This document shows positions 37,611 through 48,374 of a stretch of 64,000 bases of DNA, in pieces. Both the position numbers and the translations under genes were made by a program. The notes under the pieces were generated by a model that was not told the DNA's origin, searched no databases, and saw nothing but the letters and a program-made list of their open reading frames with translations. Origin of the DNA: an uncultured Devosiaceae bacterium (GTDB taxonomy: Bacteria > Pseudomonadota > Alphaproteobacteria > Rhizobiales > Devosiaceae); contig CAZNOZ010000001.1 in the NCBI GenBank assembly GCA_964574935.1, forward strand, positions 1,227 to 65,226, given 5' to 3'. Position 1 is the stretch's first letter, and every line of letters starts with the position of its first letter.

Positions 37611-38999
37611 ATGAGCGATCCGATGAGTGAGTGGAGCCCCAATAGCTGGCGCGCCAAGCCGATCAAGCAGGTGCCCGACTATCCCGACGACGCGGCCCTT
37701 TCGGTCGTCGAGAAGCGTCTGGCGAGCTTTCCGCCGCTGGTTTTCGCGGGTGAGGCGCGGGCGCTGAAGGCGCAGCTCGCCGAGGTCGCCGCGGGCCGTG
37801 CCTTCCTGCTCCAGGGCGGCGACTGCGCCGAGAGCTTCGCCGAGCACAGCGCCGACCATATCCGCGATTTCTTCCGGGTGTTTCTGCAGATGGCGGTCGT
37901 GCTCACCCACGGCGCCTCGTTGCCGGTGGTCAAGGTCGGCCGCATCGCCGGCCAGTTCGCCAAGCCCCGGTCCTCGGAAACCGAGACCGTCGATGGGGTG
38001 ACGCTGCCCAGCTATCGCGGCGACATCGTGAACGACATCGCCTTCGACGCGACGGCGCGGGTGCCCGATCCCGAGCGGATGATCATGGCCTACCGCCAAT
38101 CGGCGGCGACGCTCAATCTGCTGCGGGCGTTCGCGACCGGCGGCTTCGCCAATCTCGAGCGGGTCCACGAGTGGACCATGGGTTTCGTCAAGGACACCAA
38201 GGCCGCTGCCCGCTACGAGGAGGTCGCCCGCAAGATCGACGACGCCATCGAGTTCATGCGGGCCCTTGGCCTGACCGCCGAAAACACGCCGTCCCTGTCG
38301 GAGACCAAGTTCTTCACCAGCCACGACGGGCTTTTGTTGATCTACGAGGAGGCGCTCACGCGCCGCGATTCGATCACCGGCGACTGGTATGGAACGTCCG
38401 GCCACATGATGTGGATCGGCGATCGCACCCGCGATCCGGACGGCGCCCATGTCGAGTATTTCCGCGGCATCAACAACCCGGTTCAGATCAAGTGCGGACC
38501 CTCCCTCGAAATCGATGATCTGCGCCGGCTCATGGACATCCTCAACCCGGACGACGAGCCCGGCCGGCTGACCCTGATCACCCGCTTCGGCGCCAAGAAG
38601 ATCGCCGATGACCTGCCGCGGCTCGTCGAAGCCGTCAAATCCGAGGGGCGGACGGTGGTGTGGTGCTGCGATCCGATGCACGCCAACACCATCAAGGCGG
38701 CCAACGGCTACAAGACCCGCCCGTTCGAGCTGGTGCTTGAAGAAGTGCGGCGCTTTTTCGAATTGCACCGCGAGCTGGGCACCTTCGCCGGCGGCGTGCA
38801 TGTCGAGATGACCGGCCGGGAGGTGACCGAATGTGTGGGCGGGGTCTCGGCGGTGACCGAGGCCGATCTCGAGGACCGGTATCACACCCATTGCGATCCC
38901 CGCCTCAACGCCTCGCAGGCTTTGGAGCTCGCCTTCCTCGTGGCCGAGGAGATGAGAGATCAGCGGCCGCGGCGCGAGCGGGTACGCGCGGCCATCTAG
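37611..38999 (+). CDS. Class II (plant-type) 3-deoxy-7-phosphoheptulonate (DAHP) synthase
   Basis: [59 protein letters not shown]. Length 462 aa. Confidence 0.92.
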   Translation: MSDPMSEWSPNSWRAKPIKQVPDYPDDAALSVVEKRLASFPPLVFAGEARALKAQLAEVAAGRAFLLQGGDCAESFAEHSADHIRDFFRVFLQMAVVLTHGASLPVVKVGRIAGQFAKPRSSETETVDGVTLPSYRGDIVNDIAFDATARVPDPERMIMAYRQSAATLNLLRAFATGGFANLERVHEWTMGFVKDTKAAARYEEVARKIDDAIEFMRALGLTAENTPSLSETKFFTSHDGLLLIYEEALTRRDSITGDWYGTSGHMMWIGDRTRDPDGAHVEYFRGINNPVQIKCGPSLEIDDLRRLMDILNPDDEPGRLTLITRFGAKKIADDLPRLVEAVKSEGRTVVWCCDPMHANTIKAANGYKTRPFELVLEEVRRFFELHRELGTFAGGVHVEMTGREVTECVGGVSAVTEADLEDRYHTHCDPRLNASQALELAFLVAEEMRDQRPRRERVRAAI

Positions 39000-39156
39000 C
39001 CGGGCACATTCATTTCCCGCGGCCGCACGGCGTGCCCACAGCGGGCGCGCGCCGTTCGTTAACTCATCATTACCGGCGCTTTAGCTTTGCCTTAACCCTA
39101 ATCAATTATGAATGACCTCCGACGACGAATGAGTTGCGTAAGTGCGGAGGTGCGTA

Positions 39157-40209
39157 ATGCAACGCCTTGTTGCTCTTCTGGCGGTTTCGGTCGCCTCGCT
39201 GGCAGGTGTGACCTGTCAGGCCAATGCCGCCGATTACAACCTGCGCGGCACGGTTCCCGGATGGGGCTTTGATGGTGACACGGATCCGGTCGGCTTCGAA
39301 GCCGGCATGCGGTACTGGTTTTCGCTCGGCACGCAGGCGATCGAATTCAACGGCGATACGTTCGACAGCTCGGACACCTCTCAGATCATCGAGAAGTATC
39401 TGAGGATCGACGATTACTCGACCGACACCTATGTAAAGACCTACGCCGGCTTTGCCCCGATCATCAGCGGCAGCTACTCGACGCCCGAGGAATCGGGCTC
39501 GCTGACCGACGGCCACGTCTACTATTATGTCGGCGACTTCGGCTGGATGCCGTTCACTTTCGGAGACGCCGGCGACGGCGACGGCATCGCGGTCGGCGCT
39601 CTGTTCGGCTACATGTACTGGAACGACTCGCCGAGCACCGGCTACACCAACTTCCTCGAGCCCGACAGCGTGAGCTGGACGACCTCCGGGCCCGATCCGG
39701 TCTTCAATCTCGACAGCGACACGCAGAATCTGACCATCCACGCGTTGCGCCTGGGCAAGACCGCCAGCGGCACGCTCGGCCCGTTTGCGATCACCGCGGA
39801 GGCGGCCGCCATCCCCTATGCGTGGATCAACGGAACGCTCGGCGCCGACACCGACATCAGCGGCGATCCGTGCATCATCAATCCGGATCCGACCTGCGAG
39901 CTCTATCGTTCTTCGGCCACCACAATTGACGGGCATGGCTTTGGCGCCACCGCCGAAATCATGGCCGGCATGAACGTGCTCAACGACTGGAATCTGAGGT
40001 TCGGCGCTCGCGCCTGGTACCTGATGGGCGTCGGCAAGGCGACCATTTCGACCGCCGAGATCACCGACGCCAGCGAAGCCGATCCCGTCGGCAATCCCGG
40101 TGTGTACGACGTTCCGGGCACGATCACGATCCAGAACTACTTCTTCCAGACCGACGTGTTCTCGATCACCCGTGTCGGCCTGCTCGCCGAGTTGTCAAAG
40201 AGCTTCTAG
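39157..40209 (+). CDS. Predicted outer-membrane beta-barrel protein, family unknown
   Basis: GGAGG upstream of ATG 39157. Signal peptide MQRLVALLAVSVASLAGVTCQANA. Alternating aromatic/Gly-rich strands and a C-terminal ...VGLLAELSKSF with terminal Phe, typical of OMP beta-signals. Confidence 0.6.
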   Translation: MQRLVALLAVSVASLAGVTCQANAADYNLRGTVPGWGFDGDTDPVGFEAGMRYWFSLGTQAIEFNGDTFDSSDTSQIIEKYLRIDDYSTDTYVKTYAGFAPIISGSYSTPEESGSLTDGHVYYYVGDFGWMPFTFGDAGDGDGIAVGALFGYMYWNDSPSTGYTNFLEPDSVSWTTSGPDPVFNLDSDTQNLTIHALRLGKTASGTLGPFAITAEAAAIPYAWINGTLGADTDISGDPCIINPDPTCELYRSSATTIDGHGFGATAEIMAGMNVLNDWNLRFGARAWYLMGVGKATISTAEITDASEADPVGNPGVYDVPGTITIQNYFFQTDVFSITRVGLLAELSKSF

Positions 40210-40237
40210 GGCGCGACTACTCCACGCCACTCCGCCC

Positions 40238-40272
40238 GGACGCCGGACCGAAAGGTCCGGCGTCCTCTTTTT
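40238..40272 (+). terminator. Rho-independent terminator after the OMP gene
   Basis: GGACGCCGGACC - GAAA - GGTCCGGCGTCC followed by TCTTTTT. Confidence 0.85.
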
Positions 40273-40353
40273 GCGCGCCGCCGCCTGCTTGCTCTGGCCG
40301 GGGCCCCGCGATAAGTCTTGCCCGCCCTTTTCGACCCCGGGGACGAGCTTGCA

Positions 40354-42021
40354 TTGACGGACCGTCTGCGTATCGCCCTCGCCCAGCTCAACCCAACCGT
40401 CGGTGCGCTGGAGGCGAACCTTGCGCTCGCCCTGTCGGCCCTCGCCAAGGCCGAGCAGGAGGGGGCGGACATCCTCATGCTCACCGAGCTGTTCCTGACC
40501 GGGTATTTTCCCGAGGATTTGCTCCTCAAGCCCCGATTCATAGAGGAATCGATGCTTTTGGCGCGCCGGTTGGCCGCCGCGACCCAGGGCAAACGCCCGG
40601 CGCTGCTGCTGCCGACCCCGTGGCGGGAGGGATCGGACGTCTTCAATTCCGTCGTCCTGGCCGTGGACGGCGAAATCGTCGCCCGCCGCGACAAGCACGA
40701 GTTGCCCGAATACGACATTTTCTACGAGAAGCGGTACTTTGCGCCAGGGCCGCTGCCCGAACCGGTCACGGTGCGCGAGGTCCGGATCGGGGTCCCCATT
40801 TGCGAGGATATCTGGTTCCCCGAAGCGTGCGCCGCCCTGAGCGCCGCCGGCGCCGAGATTCTGCTGTGTCCCAACGGCTCGCCCTATTGGCGCGACAAAC
40901 ACGCGCTGCGATCTCAGGTCGTGGGCGCGCGGGTCAGGGAGACCGGCCTGCCGCTTTTGTACCTCAACCAGGTCGGCGGCCAGGACGAGCTGGTTTTCGA
41001 CGGCGCCAGTTTCGGACTGAATGCCGACGGCAGCACCGCCTTTGGCGCTGCTTCCTTCGAGCCGGACCTGATGGTCTCCGACTGGCAGCGCTCGGCGAGC
41101 GGCTGGACGTGCACAAGCGGCGACCGGAAGCCGCTGGTCTCGGTCGAGGAGGCCCCTTGGCGGGCCTGCGTGCTGGGGCTGAGAGATTACATTGAAAAAA
41201 ACGGTTTTCGCTCTGTTGTTCTTGGTCTTTCCGGCGGTATCGACTCGGCCGTGACGGCGGCCATCGCGGTCGATGCGCTGGGCGCCGAGAATGTGCATTG
41301 CCTGATGCTGCCCTATCGGCACACCTCCGAGCAGAGCCTTGCCGACGCGCAGGCGGTCGCCGCCCGGCTTGGCGTGCGCTACGACGTCACCCCGATCGGC
41401 GAACCGGTGGAGGCGGTGGGTCGCGAGCTGGCGCCGCTGTTCGACGCCCTGCCGCCCGACATCACCGAGGAAAACGTCCAGTCGCGGATGCGCGGGCTGA
41501 TGCTGATGGCGGTCTCCAACAAGCTCGGCTCGATGCTGATCACGACCGGCAACAAGTCCGAACTGGCGGTCGGTTACGCCACCATTTACGGCGACATGAA
41601 CGGCGGCTTCAATCCGGTCAAGGACATGTACAAGACCCAGCTCTACGAGCTCGGCCGCTGGCGCAACGCCAACATGCCCGGCGACTGCAGGGGGCCTGAA
41701 GGGGAAGTGATCCCGGAGGCGATCTTCACCAAGGCGCCGAGCGCCGAACTCAAGCCCGAGCAGACCGACCAGGATACCCTGCCGCCCTACGACGAACTCG
41801 ACGCCATCCTGCAGGGTCTGGTCGAGGAGGACGTCTCGGTCGCCGACGTCGCCGCCCGCGGCTATCCCCTCGAAACGGTCCGCCGGGTCGAAGCCATGCT
41901 CTACCGGGCAGAGTACAAGCGGCGGCAGGCCCCGCCGGGCGTCAAGCTCACCCCGCGTGCCTTCGGATTGGGGCGGAAATATCCGATGACATCCGGCTAT
42001 CGCGACTCGAGCGGCAAATGA
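40354..42021 (+). CDS. nadE: Glutamine-dependent NAD+ synthetase
   Basis: N-terminal nitrilase domain ([18 protein letters not shown] ... ICEDIWFPE) and C-terminal synthetase domain ([13 protein letters not shown]). The start is TTG 40354 ([11 protein letters not shown]) or TTG 40318; there is no in-frame ATG upstream. Confidence 0.9.
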   Translation: MTDRLRIALAQLNPTVGALEANLALALSALAKAEQEGADILMLTELFLTGYFPEDLLLKPRFIEESMLLARRLAAATQGKRPALLLPTPWREGSDVFNSVVLAVDGEIVARRDKHELPEYDIFYEKRYFAPGPLPEPVTVREVRIGVPICEDIWFPEACAALSAAGAEILLCPNGSPYWRDKHALRSQVVGARVRETGLPLLYLNQVGGQDELVFDGASFGLNADGSTAFGAASFEPDLMVSDWQRSASGWTCTSGDRKPLVSVEEAPWRACVLGLRDYIEKNGFRSVVLGLSGGIDSAVTAAIAVDALGAENVHCLMLPYRHTSEQSLADAQAVAARLGVRYDVTPIGEPVEAVGRELAPLFDALPPDITEENVQSRMRGLMLMAVSNKLGSMLITTGNKSELAVGYATIYGDMNGGFNPVKDMYKTQLYELGRWRNANMPGDCRGPEGEVIPEAIFTKAPSAELKPEQTDQDTLPPYDELDAILQGLVEEDVSVADVAARGYPLETVRRVEAMLYRAEYKRRQAPPGVKLTPRAFGLGRKYPMTSGYRDSSGK

Positions 42022-43349
42022 CGAGTGTTGTCCGCTTTGCGCCGTCGCCGACCGGCGACATTCACCTGGGCAACGCGCGCCCGGCGTTGCTCAATTGGCT
42101 GTTCGCCCTGCAAACCGGCGGCGAGTTCATCCTGCGCTTCGACGACACCGACGTCGACCGCTCCAGCGCCGCGTTCAACGACCGTATCGAGGAGGATTTG
42201 CGCTGGCTGGGCATCGCCCCGCACCGCATCGAGCTGCAGTCGCGCCGTGTTGCCGCCTACGATCGCGCCCGCGACCGGCTGGTCGGGGCAGGCCGGCTCT
42301 ACCCCTGCTACGAAACCCCCGACGAGCTGGACCGCCGCCGCAGGCGCGCCCGCGCGGGGGGGCTGCCGCCGATTTACGACCGCGCGGCGCTCGAACTCAC
42401 CGATGCCGACCGGACCCGGCTGGAAGCTCAGGGACGTCGGCCCCACTGGCGCTTCAGGCTCGACGGCCGCGAGGTCAGGTTCGGCGATCTGATCCGGGGC
42501 GAGCAGACCGTGCACACCGACACCATGTCCGATCCGGTGTTGGTGCGCGAGGACGGCAGTTATCTCTACACCTTGCCCTCGGTCGTCGACGACATCGAGA
42601 TGGGCGTCACCCATATCATTCGCGGCGAGGACCACGTCTCCAACACCGGACCCCAGATCGAGCTCATCGAGGCGCTGGGGGGCGAGGTGCCCCGCTTTGC
42701 CCATCACAACCTGCTGGTCGATCCCGGCGGGCGGGGCCTGTCCAAGCGCCTCGGGTCGCTGTCGATCGGGGCATTGCGCGACGCCGGCTACGAGCCTCTG
42801 GCCGTGGCGCTCACCGCGGTCCTGACCGGAACCAGCGAGCCGATCGCGCCGCATTCGTCGCTGGCCGAACTCGCCGGGCACTTCGAGCTGACGATGATCT
42901 CGCGCGCCCCGGCGCGTTTCGATTTCGCCGAACTCGACCACCTCAACGCCACGATGGTGCACGGCTATGCCTACGCCGAGGTCGCCGGCCGGCTCGCCGA
43001 GATGGGGGTTTCGGACGCCGAGCCCTTGTGGAATGCGGTGCGCGAGAACCTCGCGAAGTTTGCCGACATCGCCGAATGGGACGCGGTGGCGAAGGGGCCG
43101 GTTGCGCCCGTGATTGCCGACCAGGATCGCGAGTTTATCGCCGCCGCCCGATCGGCATTGCCCGACGAGCCCTGGGACGAGACGACATGGTCGGGCTGGA
43201 CCGAAGCCCTGAAATCGAAGACCGGGCGCAAGGGCGCCGCGCTCTACCGTCCGCTCAGGCTGGCGCTCACCGGGCGCCAGGACGGTCCCGGGCTCAAGAC
43301 CCTTCTGCCGGTTTTGGGACGTAAGGCGTGTCTGGACCGACTATCCTGA
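42018..43349 (+). CDS. gltX: Glutamate--tRNA ligase (short ~443-aa alphaproteobacterial type)
   Basis: The ATG overlaps the nadE stop (ATGA). [26 protein letters not shown] is the HIGH-like region, followed by ILRFDDTD and [10 protein letters not shown] (KMSKS-like). Confidence 0.88.
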   Translation: MTSVVRFAPSPTGDIHLGNARPALLNWLFALQTGGEFILRFDDTDVDRSSAAFNDRIEEDLRWLGIAPHRIELQSRRVAAYDRARDRLVGAGRLYPCYETPDELDRRRRRARAGGLPPIYDRAALELTDADRTRLEAQGRRPHWRFRLDGREVRFGDLIRGEQTVHTDTMSDPVLVREDGSYLYTLPSVVDDIEMGVTHIIRGEDHVSNTGPQIELIEALGGEVPRFAHHNLLVDPGGRGLSKRLGSLSIGALRDAGYEPLAVALTAVLTGTSEPIAPHSSLAELAGHFELTMISRAPARFDFAELDHLNATMVHGYAYAEVAGRLAEMGVSDAEPLWNAVRENLAKFADIAEWDAVAKGPVAPVIADQDREFIAAARSALPDEPWDETTWSGWTEALKSKTGRKGAALYRPLRLALTGRQDGPGLKTLLPVLGRKACLDRLS

Positions 43350-44466
43350 CCGTCTTGCCGCCGAATTCGACGAGCCGCAGCTCGGCGGGTGCCGCCACCG
43401 GCACGGCCAGCAGTGGTTCGCCGTCACGCGGCGGCCGCGGGCGGGGAAGGGGAACGTAGACAGCCTGCATCAAGGCGAGATCGGCGTAACCGCGCGGGTC
43501 GCGACGCGGCAGCGGGAAGGTCACTTCGCCGAATTCGATGACCGGTTGCTCGGCGGTCCCGGCGCTTTCCTCGCTGCCGGCCTCGCCCCCTCCGCCGAAC
43601 TGGATCGTACCGTAGTTGATGCGTTCGCGGCAGGCGCAGTCCGGATTGTACTCGCGCCGGTAGTTGAAGGCATAGGATTGGTCGGCGTAGCGCTCCCCGC
43701 TCAGATTGATCATGTCCTCGGCCTCTTCGCCGGGGTTGCGGTAGTAGAAAAGCTGCACCTCCGCCGTCGGGCATTGCGACGAGCATACAGCTGCGTCATT
43801 CGGCAGATAGTCCGACAGCGTCGCGTAGCTTACCGGCCAGTAGTAGCCGTCACAGGCGCGCACACACACAGTGCGGATCGTCGGCCGCCCGGTGTAGCCC
43901 CACTCGTCGCCGATGAAGTCGTTGCCGCTGAGCCCCAGGCGCCCGAAAAGGCGCTGCAAGAGCCCCCCGCGATTGGCGTCTGGCGCCGGAGCCGCGTTGC
44001 CGAAGGTCACCGTGCTGGCGTTGTTGCACGCGAACCGCGCGATCTGCCGCAGCACGTCCTCGCGCAAATCGGCGATCTGGGTACCGCGGTTGGCGTGCTC
44101 GACCAGCGTCGCATAGTCGGACCTCGATCGGTTGATCTGGTTGGCGAGCTGCCGACACTGGCGATTCAGCCGCTGCCCGGCGTTCATCGCCCGCTGGCAG
44201 CCGCCGCGCACGAAGGCGCTTTCGAGCCGCTGGATATTCTCCGACATCGACCGCGCGCTTTGCGAATAGTTGGCGAGATTCTGGAAGTCGCGGTCGCGCT
44301 CCAGCGCGCTGAGCTGCGAGTTGAGCTGGTCGCAGGAATTGGTCTGGGCGGTCGCGGGCATCGCGACGCCGAGGGCCATTGCCGCGGCCAATAGCGCCGC
44401 CAGAACCCGGCCTCTCGGAGGGGGGCGCCCCGCGCCTGTCGCCGCTGCGTCGTGCCGGTGGGTCAT
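43294..44466 (-). CDS. DUF2865-domain secreted protein
   Basis: ATG at 44466. Signal-like [20 protein letters not shown]. The Cys-rich block [16 protein letters not shown]...[15 protein letters not shown] is the DUF2865 hallmark. The 3' end overlaps gltX by 56 nt. Confidence 0.75.
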   Translation of the reverse strand: MTHRHDAAATGAGRPPPRGRVLAALLAAAMALGVAMPATAQTNSCDQLNSQLSALERDRDFQNLANYSQSARSMSENIQRLESAFVRGGCQRAMNAGQRLNRQCRQLANQINRSRSDYATLVEHANRGTQIADLREDVLRQIARFACNNASTVTFGNAAPAPDANRGGLLQRLFGRLGLSGNDFIGDEWGYTGRPTIRTVCVRACDGYYWPVSYATLSDYLPNDAAVCSSQCPTAEVQLFYYRNPGEEAEDMINLSGERYADQSYAFNYRREYNPDCACRERINYGTIQFGGGGEAGSEESAGTAEQPVIEFGEVTFPLPRRDPRGYADLALMQAVYVPLPRPRPPRDGEPLLAVPVAAPAELRLVEFGGKTVRIVGPDTPYVPKPAEGS

Positions 44467-44571
44467 CGCCGCCAAACTATCGCACTGGCATCCGCACCGC
44501 CAAGCCATCTCTTTTCGACCCCCGCTCCGGCGGCTGCCGGCCCCGAACCGGAACCCCGCCAGAGCGTCGGA

Positions 44572-44587
44572 TTCACACCATTGTGAA
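44572..44587. promoter_or_regulatory. Perfect 6-N4-6 palindrome TTCACA-CCAT-TGTGAA in the divergent DUF2865 / cytochrome c' intergenic region
   Basis: Read directly: TTCACACCATTGTGAA. It lies ~105 nt upstream of the DUF2865 ATG and ~173 nt upstream of the cytochrome c' ATG. Confidence 0.3.
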
Positions 44588-44759
44588 CGTCTCGTCGGGA
44601 TGAATTCGGCCGTTGCGGCAATACAGTTACGTGAGCGCGAGATTCAGTGGAGTGCCCGCCGGCACCGCAATTGCCTGCATGTCGCAAGGACGAAATGAAA
44701 TCGACGCCGGTGCCCCCAGGGACGCCGGCAAATCTTCGCGAGCAGAAAAGGAAACGCCC

Positions 44760-45236
44760 ATGCCGCGCGGAAGAACCTCGATGGTGATCGTCTGCGGACT
44801 TGTCGCGGGGCTGGCCCTGGTGCCGGCGGTTGCCGACGACGCGATGACGGGGCCACCGGACGTCGCTTCGATGACGGTGGACGAGATCATCGCGTTGCGG
44901 GTTCAGACAATGCGCTCGAACGGCCGCACATTGCGCGGCGCCAACGCCCTTTCGGGAGCCGAGGCGATCGCCGCCGCCGAACAGGTCAGGAACAACGCGC
45001 AAACCCTGCATTTGTTGTTTCCGGAAGGCTCCAATACCGGTGACTCGCACGCCCTGGATCTGATCTGGCAGGACTGGGACAGCTTCGTTGCCATTCTCGA
45101 CAGCCTGGAGGCCGACGCCAGCGCAATGATCGAGGCGGCCGAGGCCGGAGACCCGGATGCCTATGTGGCCGCGCTCCGGAAGGTCGGCATGAACTGCGGC
45201 ACCTGCCACGACACCTATCGCGCCGAAATGCAGTGA
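44760..45236 (+). CDS. Class II c-type cytochrome (cytochrome c'/c-556 family), paralogue 1
   Basis: ATG 44760. Signal peptide MPRGRTSMVIVCGLVAGLALVPAVA, four-helix-bundle length, C-terminal haem site CGTCHDTYR. Confidence 0.8.
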   Translation: MPRGRTSMVIVCGLVAGLALVPAVADDAMTGPPDVASMTVDEIIALRVQTMRSNGRTLRGANALSGAEAIAAAEQVRNNAQTLHLLFPEGSNTGDSHALDLIWQDWDSFVAILDSLEADASAMIEAAEAGDPDAYVAALRKVGMNCGTCHDTYRAEMQ

Positions 45237-45331
45237 GCGCATTGCGCCCGGAGCGGCCCGGCGGGCGCGCCGGCCGCTTCCAGCCGGTCCCCGATGCCTC
45301 GCCGTCCGCACCGAACCGAGGAGACTGCCCG

Positions 45332-45757
45332 ATGAAATTTCCCGCCCTCGTGCCGCTCGCCGTCGCCGGCGCGGTCTCGCTTGCCGTCACCTTGCCGATC
45401 GTCGCCCAGTCCGACCCGATTGCGGCGCGCCAGGCGCTGATGAAGGAAATCGGCCGGACCGCCTTCGGTATCTTCCGCGGCAACGTCGACCCGCTGGACG
45501 GTGCCGAGATCATCGCCGACAACTTCATCGACGTCGAAACCCTGTTCCCCGAAGGCTCCGAAGGCGGCAACGCCCTGAGCGGTGTGTGGGAGGATCGCGA
45601 GGCGTTCCTGGACCGTCTGGGCGACGCGCAGGACGCCTCCGCCGCGCTTCTGGCGACCGCCGAAGCCGGCGACATGGCCGCCTTCGACGAGCAGTTCAGG
45701 GGGCTCGATCGCGTCTGCAACGCCTGTCACGAGACATACCGAAAGCCGCTCGATTGA
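45332..45757 (+). CDS. Class II c-type cytochrome (cytochrome c' family), paralogue 2
   Basis: GAGGAG upstream of ATG 45332. Signal peptide MKFPALVPLAVAGAVSLAVTLPIVAQ, ARQALMKEIG, C-terminal CNACHETYR. Confidence 0.82.
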   Translation: MKFPALVPLAVAGAVSLAVTLPIVAQSDPIAARQALMKEIGRTAFGIFRGNVDPLDGAEIIADNFIDVETLFPEGSEGGNALSGVWEDREAFLDRLGDAQDASAALLATAEAGDMAAFDEQFRGLDRVCNACHETYRKPLD

Positions 45758-45970
45758 CCGGCCGCGCGACGCCCGCAGATCCTTTGGCGCTTGATTTTGC
45801 CGCCGGCGGGCGGCATGGTGCCCGCCATGATGACAACCGTTAACCCGATCTGCATTACCGGGTGCATTATTATTCGCTGACCATCGTCGGCGGCGCGGTT
45901 TCGTTCATCCCCCTCAACTGAGATCCAAACCTCGCTGCCGTCGCCGGTTCGCGCATGCGCGTGAGGCACG

Positions 45971-47386
45971 ATGACCGAGCTCAGGCTCTACAATACGCTA
46001 ACGCGGCACAAAGCGCCGTTCGCTCCGCTCGATCCGGCGAACGTGCGCATGTATGTGTGCGGGCCCACGGTCTACGACTACGCCCACATCGGCAATGCGC
46101 GCCCGGCCATCGTCTTCGACGTCCTGTTCCGGCTGCTCCGGCATGTGTATGGCGACGACCACGTCACCTACGTGCGCAACATCACCGATGTCGACGACAA
46201 GATCATCGCCCGGGCCCGCGCGGAATTCGCCGACCGGCCGCTGAACGAGGCGATCCGCGAGATCACCGAGACGACCAACGCCCAGTACCAGACGGACATC
46301 GCCGCGCTCGGGTGCCTGGAGCCGACGGTGCAGCCGCGCGCCACCGAGACGATCGGCGAGATGGTCGCGATGATCGACACGCTGGTCGCCAAGCGACACG
46401 CCTATGAAGCCGACGGGCATGTGCTTTTCGACGTCAAGAGCTGGAAATCCGGCAATCGCCTCGAATACGGCAAGCTCTCCAACCGCTCCCTCGACGACAT
46501 GATCGCCGGCGCCCGGGTGGAGGTCGCCCCTTATAAGCGCGACCCGATGGATTTCGTCCTGTGGAAGCCGTCCTCGGACGAGGAGCCGGGCTGGGATTCG
46601 CCCTGGGGCCGCGGGCGGCCGGGCTGGCACATCGAGTGCTCGGCGATGGCGGAGAAGTATCTCGGCGCCACCTTCGACATCCATGGCGGCGGCATCGATC
46701 TCAGCTTCCCACACCACGAGAACGAACTGGCGCAGTCGCGCTGCGCCCACGGCACCCAGATCATGGCGCAGGTGTGGATGCACAACGGCTTCCTGCAGGT
46801 CGAGGGACAGAAAATGTCCAAGAGCCTGGGGAACTTCGTCACCATCCACGAGCTACTTGCCACCGACAAGTTCGGCGGTCGCGCGTGGCCCGGCGAAGTG
46901 CTGCGGCTGGCGATGCTGATGACCCACTATCGCGAGCCGATCGATTTCACCGTGGCGCGGCTCGAGGAGGCCGAGGAGAAGCTCCGCGACTGGCAGCGCG
47001 CGACCGCCGGCGTCGGGGCGGGCGGGGAAGCGGTCGACGCCTCGGCGGTCAGGGAACTGGCCGACGACCTCAACTTCCATCGCACCTCGGTGGTCATCGA
47101 CGCCATCGCCCGCAAGGCCAACCGCGGCACCAAAACCGCATCGGCCTGCCTAGCCGCCACCCTCGAGTTTCTCGGGTTCGGCGCCGACACGCTGTTGCGC
47201 GGCCAAGCCCAGTCCGAAATCGACGTCGCCGCGATCATCGACGATCGGCTCGCCTTGCTGCGCGACAAGAACTTCGCCGAGGCCGACCGCCTCCGCGAGG
47301 AACTGGCTGCCGAGGGCATCCAGCTCATGGACTACAAGGATCCCGACACCGGTGAGCGCAAGACGCGCTGGGAGCTGAGGCGATGA
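45971..47386 (+). CDS. cysS: Cysteine--tRNA ligase
   Basis: [19 protein letters not shown] (HIGH), [17 protein letters not shown]. Confidence 0.95.
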   Translation: MTELRLYNTLTRHKAPFAPLDPANVRMYVCGPTVYDYAHIGNARPAIVFDVLFRLLRHVYGDDHVTYVRNITDVDDKIIARARAEFADRPLNEAIREITETTNAQYQTDIAALGCLEPTVQPRATETIGEMVAMIDTLVAKRHAYEADGHVLFDVKSWKSGNRLEYGKLSNRSLDDMIAGARVEVAPYKRDPMDFVLWKPSSDEEPGWDSPWGRGRPGWHIECSAMAEKYLGATFDIHGGGIDLSFPHHENELAQSRCAHGTQIMAQVWMHNGFLQVEGQKMSKSLGNFVTIHELLATDKFGGRAWPGEVLRLAMLMTHYREPIDFTVARLEEAEEKLRDWQRATAGVGAGGEAVDASAVRELADDLNFHRTSVVIDAIARKANRGTKTASACLAATLEFLGFGADTLLRGQAQSEIDVAAIIDDRLALLRDKNFAEADRLREELAAEGIQLMDYKDPDTGERKTRWELRR

Positions 47387-47877
47387 GCGCCCCATTGACC
47401 GGCGGCTGCCAATGCGGTGCGATCCGCTATGTGCTCGATCAGGAACCGGTCGACGTGCATGTGTGTCACTGTCGCATGTGCCAGAAGGCATCCGGCGGCC
47501 CGTTCGCCGTCATTGTCCCGGTGCCGAAAACCGCCTTCCGGGTGACCCGGGGTGAATTCAGCTACTTCAGGAGCTCGGACATAGCGCGCCGCGGCTTCTG
47601 CAGAGACTGTGGCACTCCACTCAGCCACGATTTTCCCGACGGACCCAATATCGGCGTTCTGGTCGGCACGCTCGACGAGCCGGACAGGGCACCGCCGGTC
47701 AGCCAGTACGGCAACGAAAGCCGAGTCGCCTGGTATCCCGAATTCGTCAATGTGCCCGGCACACATCCGACCTTCGCCGGCAATCCCGTGTTGCGGGACC
47801 GGATCGCCGGTTCCAGTCACCAGCACCCCGACCACGACACCGATGCCTGGCCGCCGGCGGGAGGCGACGATGGCTGA
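47383..47877 (+). CDS. GFA-family (glutathione-dependent formaldehyde-activating/CENP-V-like) zinc protein, copy 1
   Basis: The ATG overlaps the cysS stop (ATGA). [35 protein letters not shown]. Confidence 0.85.
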   Translation: MSAPLTGGCQCGAIRYVLDQEPVDVHVCHCRMCQKASGGPFAVIVPVPKTAFRVTRGEFSYFRSSDIARRGFCRDCGTPLSHDFPDGPNIGVLVGTLDEPDRAPPVSQYGNESRVAWYPEFVNVPGTHPTFAGNPVLRDRIAGSSHQHPDHDTDAWPPAGGDDG

Positions 47878-48370
47878 GACCTTCTCGGGCGGCTGCCAAT
47901 GCGGTGCCGTTCGCTACCGCTTCGCCGAAAAGCCGGGCGGCGCGCATATCTGCCATTGCCGCATGTGCCAGAAGGCCTTCGGAAATTTCTACGCGCCCTT
48001 CGTCGGCGGGCCGAAATCGGCCTTCGAAGTGACGCGCGGCGAGATCGCCGCCTTTCGCTCCTCGGACATGACCGACCGCGGGTTCTGCGCCAAATGCGGC
48101 ACCCCGCTGATGATCGTCGATGTCGATAGCGATCGCGTCTCGGTGTCGATCGGCTCGCTCGACCATCCCGAGGATTTCCCGCCCCTCGACCAGCACGGGG
48201 TCGAGAGCCGGCTGCCTTACGTCAACGCGCTTGGGCACTTGCCCGATCGACCGCCGACCGAAGTGGAAGATCCGGAGATGGCCAGCCGCGTCGCCGCCAC
48301 GAACCGCCAGCATCCCGACCACGACACCGAAACCTGGCCGCCGCAAGGTGGCTGGCCCGCGGAGGGCTGA
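47870..48370 (+). CDS. GFA-family zinc protein, copy 2
   Basis: ATG 47870 overlaps the copy 1 stop by 8 nt. [32 protein letters not shown]. Confidence 0.85.
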   Translation: MAETFSGGCQCGAVRYRFAEKPGGAHICHCRMCQKAFGNFYAPFVGGPKSAFEVTRGEIAAFRSSDMTDRGFCAKCGTPLMIVDVDSDRVSVSIGSLDHPEDFPPLDQHGVESRLPYVNALGHLPDRPPTEVEDPEMASRVAATNRQHPDHDTETWPPQGGWPAEG

Positions 48371-48374
48371 ACCG

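Noticed and set aside
37461-38891. 476-aa minus-strand ORF
   Set aside because: It runs antisense to class II DAHP synthase. No motifs and a biased composition.
44613-44759. N-terminal extension of the first cytochrome c' ORF (alternative start at 44613)
   Set aside because: The extension is not signal-peptide-like. The ATG at 44760 yields a canonical signal peptide directly (MPRGRTSMVIVCGLVAGLALVPAVA).
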